Shown one piece after another: positions 60,283 to 64,000 of a DNA stretch of 64,000 nt (positions are counted from its first letter, which is position 1; each line of letters opens with the position of its first letter). The notes beneath the pieces are model-generated. The model saw only the letters and a list, made by a program, of their open reading frames with translations. It ran no database searches and had not been told where the DNA came from. The translations under genes and the position numbers were made by a program. Origin of the DNA: Phallusia mammillata (Eukaryota); contig OZ281498.1 of assembly GCA_965637545.1 (NCBI GenBank), positions 4,030,001 to 4,094,000 on the forward strand, written 5' to 3'.

Positions 60283-62330
60283 GCTGCAGGCTTAGGTTAC
60301 AGCGGACATCAAATGTCAAAAGTATAATATGAATGTCCGAAATGAAAGTTGAAAGTTACCCCCTAATAAATTTTGCCAAGCGACGAAAGGTATCGCTATA
60401 CATCGTAATCAGATTAGGCAGCAGAGTCTGTCTTTATGCCCTGTCAGCTCACAATGTTGGACAGGCATGTACTTGTAGTGCACTAAATGCTGCGTCAGGT
60501 TACGATGTTTGCCAAAGATCTTTGCTAACTGCGCAAACAACAAAGTGCAATAATGAAATTTTGCCTACCTCGTGCCATTGTGAACAACACTTGTGAAGCA
60601 ACAAACTGTACAACAGGAGATTAATTATCTTTTGCAATTTGACAAAGATGAATTATAGATGGTTTGCATGTCCGGTGTTTTCATTTGCGATTTAACACAG
60701 GCGAGTCAAACTCATGGGGCTGATGCGTATGCGCCTTCAGCAGGAAATGTTACTACTTTGTTGCAGCGAAAATTGCTTGTATGTACTTCCTTTCCCTGTC
60801 ATTGGTTAATGTTTAATTGTTTGTAATTGTCTGCAATGAACTTCGTGATGACTTTTGTACAATTAATACTGTGATAATGAATTTCTTCCTGCAGCATAGC
60901 ATATTTCTTTGTGTAAGCCGTTCTATCATATTGTATGTGCATGATACTTGCAAGTTTGTGACACCATTAGCTAATGATTTTTGTTGGTCACATATTATGA
61001 GAAGTCTACGAATCAACACCTCCAGCATCTAAACTCACAGCTGTATACCATATGCTGTCACCTTTGATTGACGATTTATGTACGTATAAATTGGCTTTGC
61101 AAAAAATATCCAACAAACCGTCCCATAATTCAACTCAACACTATGATTACAATAATACAAGTCGCTACGCACGTAATCCTGCTCAAACAGAGTATTAAGT
61201 TGTCGGTCACCACAAAACAATGCTGCTGAGCGAACAAAGATCATTATGTAAGTTACCTTTTAGGCAGCCAGAATGCGTTCGAAACAAATTAAAAAACTTA
61301 ATGCGTTACTGTCGATGCAGATACGGGGTGATGAAAATGTTACTCAAATTACGTTTGCTACACATTTGTAAACCGAAGAAGAAGAAAAGAAAAGTTTCAA
61401 CAGACTAATGGTGCTGCTTCACTTAAACTCAATATTTTGACTTGCGAGCTTGCACAATTATTCATTTTAACGTTCAGTGGTAAGGTTTTGCACCCTAAAC
61501 CGAGTGAGTCAACATATATAACGCCATTTATTTGTACTAGATACAGGTTGAATGGATTGTCTATGTAAATTTTATAGCAAATCTTTATTACTACAGTTTT
61601 GGTTACAAAATATAGAACTATTCTCCATGTTGCAAATATGCATTTTATACGATTTTTTTTCATTAAAAGTCGTGTGTTTTACTTAAGACCTTAATATTTT
61701 TATTTCAGGTGATGTAGGCCAAGGGAAATAGTTCAATTAGGAACTGGTGTGTAACCGATGAAACTTATTAGCGGTTTTTAATTCTGTCTTATTAGGCAAT
61801 GAACACGGTTTTGTGCATGTACAAAAATGTTCGCATACGAATTGATGTGTTATGTGTAGGGGTAGTAGGATGCAGGAAGTTTTTGAAAGACGGTCGAAAT
61901 ATCGTTAAGCAACTGAACCGCATCCAGGCGAAATATATATTCCTTTATTGAACCGACTGAATCTGTTTTACCAAGGATTTTATCGTTCATTGGTTTTACT
62001 TTACTATAGTTCAAACGGCAAACAGTGATCGTCAGTTTCAGCCATCCTGTTGATGGTTTTGATCTATTACTAAAGTTGTTATTTGAAAACTTACTTGTTT
62101 CTCGGACAATATATGTTTTTGCAGGGCTCGAGGTTGGGATGCACTGCTTTGAGCAAAGGCTATATTAGTATTTCTATGGCAATCTAATAAAGGTTCGATA
62201 AAAAACATCACGCTTTGATTGGGCTTATGTTACATGGTTTTATTAAAAACTATTTTAATTTCCTTTGCAGGCTGGATGAACCAATGATCAGTAATATATT
62301 TGTTAATAACTTTAAGTGTTTCGAAGACTT

Positions 62331-63104
62331 TGTAGCGGTTGTTATGCGAAAGCATTAGATTTAAAATCATAAACTTCTAAAATTACCCAAGTCATTTAAA
62401 CGTATAAGCGTATTTTTATGTGTCCTAAATTTCGTGCTTGTGCGTTGGGGATTAGGCCGTCACAATTTCCCTTTGTTACGGAGTCAGGAAGCCTGAGTTT
62501 CCAGCCGTGCGCATGCAAAAGTGATTTCGGGTTCCCTGCTAAATTTTGTACCATGTGTTTTGTGCTATATAAGGTTTTGCGTTTCGTTTAATAAAACACT
62601 CTAGACACTTTTCGTTCTGAAGTCACGACTCTTCTGTGCACTCTCTGCACACTCTACGCTCTGCAGTCAGAACTGCGGGGAACACACTGGCCTTCAGTCT
62701 ACAGTCGCGACGGGCCACACCATGAGCAACTAACTAACAACCAACCGAGATGACATTAGAAACAATGAACAACTGACTAAGAATTCGCCTGCAACAACAT
62801 TATAGAAAGAAACCAATCAAGAAAGGAAACGATGCAAGATATGGAAACAAACAATGCGCGGAGATGTCGACAAGAAAACATTTTTTCGTTGGTGTGAGCC
62901 TATTTGTAGCGGTTGTAATGCGAAAGCATTAGATTTAAAATCATAAACTTCTAAAACTACCCAAGTCATTTAGTCAGGAAGTCAGGAAGCTTGTGTTTCC
63001 AGCCGTGCGCATGCAAAAGTGATTTAGTGTTCCCTGCTAAATTTTGTACCACGTGTTTTGTGCTATATAAGGTTTTGCGTTTCGTTTAATAAAACACTCT
63101 AGAC
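62331..63104 (+). mobile_element. LTR pair with a 200-bp non-coding interior (TRIM-like); second LTR cut by hAT insertions
   Basis: LTR1 spans 62331-62703 (TGTAG...CTACA, with TATATAA and AATAAA). A second copy at 62905-63104 has an internal deletion of about 80 bp. A PBS-like gtcgcgacggg follows LTR1, but there is no clear PPT. Confidence 0.55.
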
Positions 63105-63500
63105 CAGGGCGGGCAACTTCTCCAGTCGGCGGGCCTGATATGGGAAAATGAAGTACTTGGCGGGCCGGATTCCTGAATCTATACATTAATCGCGTATTTA
63201 TCCAGTGATTTAAAACGGATTTTTGACCACCTAAACCAGGGGTGGGGAACCTTTTTGTTTATAAAGGCTACCAAACGATTTATCGACACTCGTGTAGGCC
63301 GCATAGACTATTTCCCAGGCCAAGGGCAGTGATGTTCAACTATTTCCTCGTAGTTTGTAGGACTTACGGTCCCAGGTAAATTAAAGATGTTCAACTATTT
63401 CCTCGTAGTTTGTAGGACTTACGGTCCCAGGTAATTAAAATTCCTCTCTACATTTTCATCTTCACTACAACATTCAGGATTTATTTAACCTAGAAATTGC
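63105..63500 (+). mobile_element. Two nested hAT element ends (starting 63105 and 63237); partner ends not found in the window
   Basis: CAGGGCGGGCAAC follows ctctagac, and CAGGGGTGGGGAACC follows acctaaac. The latter matches the right end of 11772-12769 in reverse. Confidence 0.7.
63331..63434 (+). repeat. Tandem duplication with a 55-bp period inside the hAT element
   Basis: gatgttcaactatttcctcgtagtttgtaggacttacggtcccaggtaa (49 bp) occurs at 63331 and 63386. Confidence 0.9.
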
Positions 63501-64000
63501 TGAACCTGGAGTTTTTTGTAGTCCTAACTATGGAAATCGCTTTATGTACCACTATGGGACCACATGGGTCTTGTTTGAAAACCGCTGCCCTGGAACTAAT
63601 CAAAAAATAATCTGCAATAAAGTCAAAAATACGTTTCTGTCTATTTTTTTCAGCACCTGGTGCAGTCGGTATATCAACATCTTGCAAGGAAAAAGCAAGG
63701 AAAAAAGGTTAAGAACCACTGCACTAAACATTGAAGTGACTGCTTCAGTCTCGAGTAGATAAGAGAAAAAGGCAAAACCTCTCAAACGTGACTATTACAG
63801 TCAAGCACTTTGCTGAGTCAAAGGTTTGAGGTGACAGCTCTGGCAGTCGTGATTAAACCGGACGTTTTCATGTTATCGCTCGTAATCACATTGTAAGCAG
63901 TTTTGATTGATATTAATACGGTTATAGTTTTGTGGACCTTTGAAAGCGATGGCGGTTGGGGTGAGGCTATGTAATTGAAATGACACTACAAGATGCTATC

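Noticed and set aside
61060-61250. Weak minus-strand similarity (MGRFVGYFLQSQ) to UNC93 exon 3
   Set aside because: The match is too short and no neighbouring exons support it. A tBLASTn hit would be needed.
63331-63434. Direct repeats (also 15627-15703) as CRISPR-like units
   Set aside because: Each has only two copies and is a simple local tandem duplication inside a transposon.
1-64000. Prokaryotic systems (CRISPR arrays, operons, defence islands)
   Set aside because: Genes are intron-split with GT-AG sites and the repeats are eukaryotic transposons. No regularly spaced repeat-spacer array exists. GTG/TTG starts in the ORF track are artefacts here.

Overview
This is eukaryotic (animal) genomic DNA: AT-rich, with short GT-AG introns. 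A tunicate or other invertebrate chordate source is my inference only. Most of the window is a tandem array of UNC-93-like (UNC93A-type) MFS membrane-protein genes, which I reconstructed by hand from splice sites. Eight gene models are intact and each sums to a whole number of codons: A 4098-7614 +, B 17356-21037 -, C 25490-28605 +, D 30463-33460 +, E 35255-37862 +, F 40880-46003 +, G 46499-48636 +, I 58212-60282 +. A ninth (H 51673-53953 +) is intact except for a 2-bp TA duplication that creates a stop at the end of exon 1. At least six decayed gene fragments lie between them. The paralogs form position-ordered subfamilies (A/B/C, D/E/F, G/H/I), and A/B/C arose from a +/-/+ triplication. Transposons fill the gaps. 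These include the 3' half of a CACTA/EnSpm element, two Kolobok derivatives, about 15 hAT-type MITEs (several nested), a perfect 90-bp foldback with a 9-bp TSD, a Gypsy LTR-RT fragment, a solo LTR and a TRIM-like LTR pair. There is also a Penelope-like intronic hairpin carrying two minimal hammerhead ribozyme cores. I found no CRISPR array, rRNA or complete tRNA. Coordinates were counted by hand and may be off by a few bases. No alignments or database searches were run, so family assignments rest on remembered motifs.
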